Notes under the pieces: model-generated
The model's input: the letters and a program-made list of their open reading frames with translations, nothing else
What the model was told of the DNA's origin: nothing
The model's database searches: none
Origin: Hypanus sabinus
Taxonomy: Eukaryota
Reading direction: 5' to 3'
DNA length: 64,000 bases
NCBI RefSeq assembly: GCF_030144855.1
Contig: NC_082735.1
Coordinates: 22,320,001 to 22,384,000, forward strand
Translations under genes and position numbers: made by a program
Part shown: piece after piece, positions 62,126 to 64,000 of the stretch
How positions within the stretch are numbered: the stretch's first letter is position 1
Layout: every line of letters begins with the position of its first letter

Positions 62126-64000
62126 CACACTACCTTAAAATTCATTTTCTTGCAGACAAAGAAATACAATGGAATATACAGAAAGTCTATATAAACAAAT
62201 GCAAACAACCAATGTGCAAAAGAAGACAAATTGTGCAAATAAAAAATAATACTGAGGACATGAGTTGTAAAGAGCCCTTGTAAGTGAGTCTGCAGGTGGA
62301 AGAATCAGTTCAGAGTTCTGGTGGGTAAGGGTATCCATGCTGGTAGTTGTAGGGTAATAACTGTTCCTGAACTTGGTGGCATGGGCCCGAAGGCTTTTAT
62401 ACCCCCTGCCTGATGGTCATAATGAGAAGAGAGCATGGCCTGGATGGTGGATAGCTTGGGCCAATATGATTTCCCTTTGCTAAATCTTTGGTCTGCAGTA
62501 ATTGAGTGGTGTTGAAAGAGAAATTGTTCAATGTGAGAATGAGTTCAGCAAGGCCAGTGAGTTTGTTGATGTAAGGAACTGGTAGGGCGTTATACTACAC
62601 TGGTGTGAAAAAGAGATGTAGAGACAATGTACATCCATGGTGAAGATGAGCTGGTTTGGACTAAGAAAAGGAAATTGTCATGGTGGCAGAAGCATCAAAG
62701 GTTTCAGAAAATGGGAAGAGACTGGGCCAAAGAAGAAAAGGAGTTCTGGCAAGAGGAAATGGGTATGGTGAGGCAAGGGTCTCCCTGTGTAGCCATGTTT
62801 GTTGATCTTCAGGAGGAAGTTTGTGTGGGGTGGGGAAGTATAAAGCTTGTGGCTATTGAGAGAAGGGGAAAGGAGAGCTTTGATTGTTTGGGAACAATGA
62901 CCTGATGTTATGTGATGGGGCCATGACTTGTTTAGTATTGTACCCAAGGCATCCTTCTCTTCTCGGTTAAGTACTAAAGGTGATTTTATTACGTGCTGTA
63001 TGAAAATCACACAAGTACAGCTCAGATTACTTGTTCAATACAACTCAAAATAATATCTTCTGAAATAAACCTATCTAATTTGCATTTTAATAAATCAATA
63101 CTAATCACTTCCACCAACTCCCTGGAGAGCCTGCTGCATAAATTAACCACTCACTCACTGAAGTATTGATTCCACAGATTGACATTTTAGGTAGGTTATT
63201 CATAAAGCAGAGTGGAAGGATTAATATACATCCAAGCAACTGATGGATGTGGGTACACGTTATCTGAAATTGAAAGTGCTTTGATTGCACAACATGCGCA
63301 ACTGTCATACTGATAAGCACAAAATTCACATAAACAGAATGAAATGGCTTATACAAGTGCTTCTCTGTGCAAAAGGGAAGATGGATGGTGATACATTTTT
63401 CAGGATTCTAAAAGAATGAAATAATGTAGATTAAAGCAAGCTGTTTCACCTTATTCAATACAATAGAACTAGAGGTCTAAGGGTTTGTTCAAATCTCATC
63501 TGGAGAAACAATAGTTCGGTGAATGAGTGACCAGTCAATGGAACTGGTTCCCTAAGGAGTGATGGAAGTGATTAATATTTCCTTCCATGTGAAAATTAGA
63601 TAGATTTTCTTCAGAAAATTACATTTTGGTCTATAGAATAGAACTAATTTGTGTGGATGTTCATGTGTAATGCAGTTGACCTAAGGTTCAGAATTCTCTT
63701 CAGTGTTTGGATATTTTCATAACATGTCCAGATTTGTTGCAGACTAATTGATCGAGATTGATTGCTTGGATTAGAGAACAGCTGCTCGATCATTGTCTCA
63801 AATGCCTTCTGGGGTGATTGAAGGCAACTCATGTTTCTGGAGTAGATGACAATAATTTTTTTTTGTATTAGATTTCTCCCAATGTGAATAAATTCAAATT
63901 GATAAATCTTCTCTCAAAAGTAATGATTATTTTTTTGGAAAAATACAAAAGGACATCACTCTTCTTCAAAAGCTTGAAAAGCAGTATTCTTCATCCTGTG

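Larger units (their letters stand above)
59635..62910 (-). mobile_element. Ancient, fragmented Penelope-like element (RT, endonuclease and terminal region) split by later insertions
   Basis: Decayed motifs lie in colinear order on the minus strand: FLLKINKHGYTGRP (~62760), LIFTMDV (~62640), GLAELILTLNNFSF (~62530), LQTKDLAKGNHIGPSY (~62470), FPFSEFLHRR (~61480), LPVTCHFNHT (~60610). A terminal-repeat-like piece lies at ~59640-59740. Confidence 0.78.

Noticed and set aside
1-64000. CRISPR array, operon or other prokaryotic-type system
   Set aside because: There is no regularly spaced repeat-spacer array and no gene-dense coding DNA. The content is vertebrate transposon-derived sequence.

Overview
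This is repeat-rich, AT-rich vertebrate DNA with no recognisable host exon, so it is probably intronic or intergenic. The repeat families (V-SINE/HE1-like and DeuSINE-like SINEs, CR1, Rex1/Babar, Penelope) point to a cartilaginous fish, probably a ray; this is an inference. The main element is a compact ~4.3-kb decayed Ty3/Gypsy LTR retrotransposon on the minus strand (6559-10829; gag-PR-RT-RH-IN). It has two unusual traits. It lacks a tRNA-type PBS and instead carries a PBS-position segment complementary to its own LTR, a candidate for self-priming. Its RT active-site motif reads YLDN rather than YxDD. The window also holds four solo LTRs with exact TSDs and two Penelope-like remnants (GIY-YIG and RT). 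Many Penelope-derived palindromes carry minimal hammerhead-ribozyme motifs. Tc1/mariner, hAT-like and Harbinger-like DNA transposon relics, a possible cluster of ancient Tx1 3' ends and a 974-bp assembly gap are also present. All family assignments come from motif recognition by eye, without database searches. Boundaries of old repeats are approximate.
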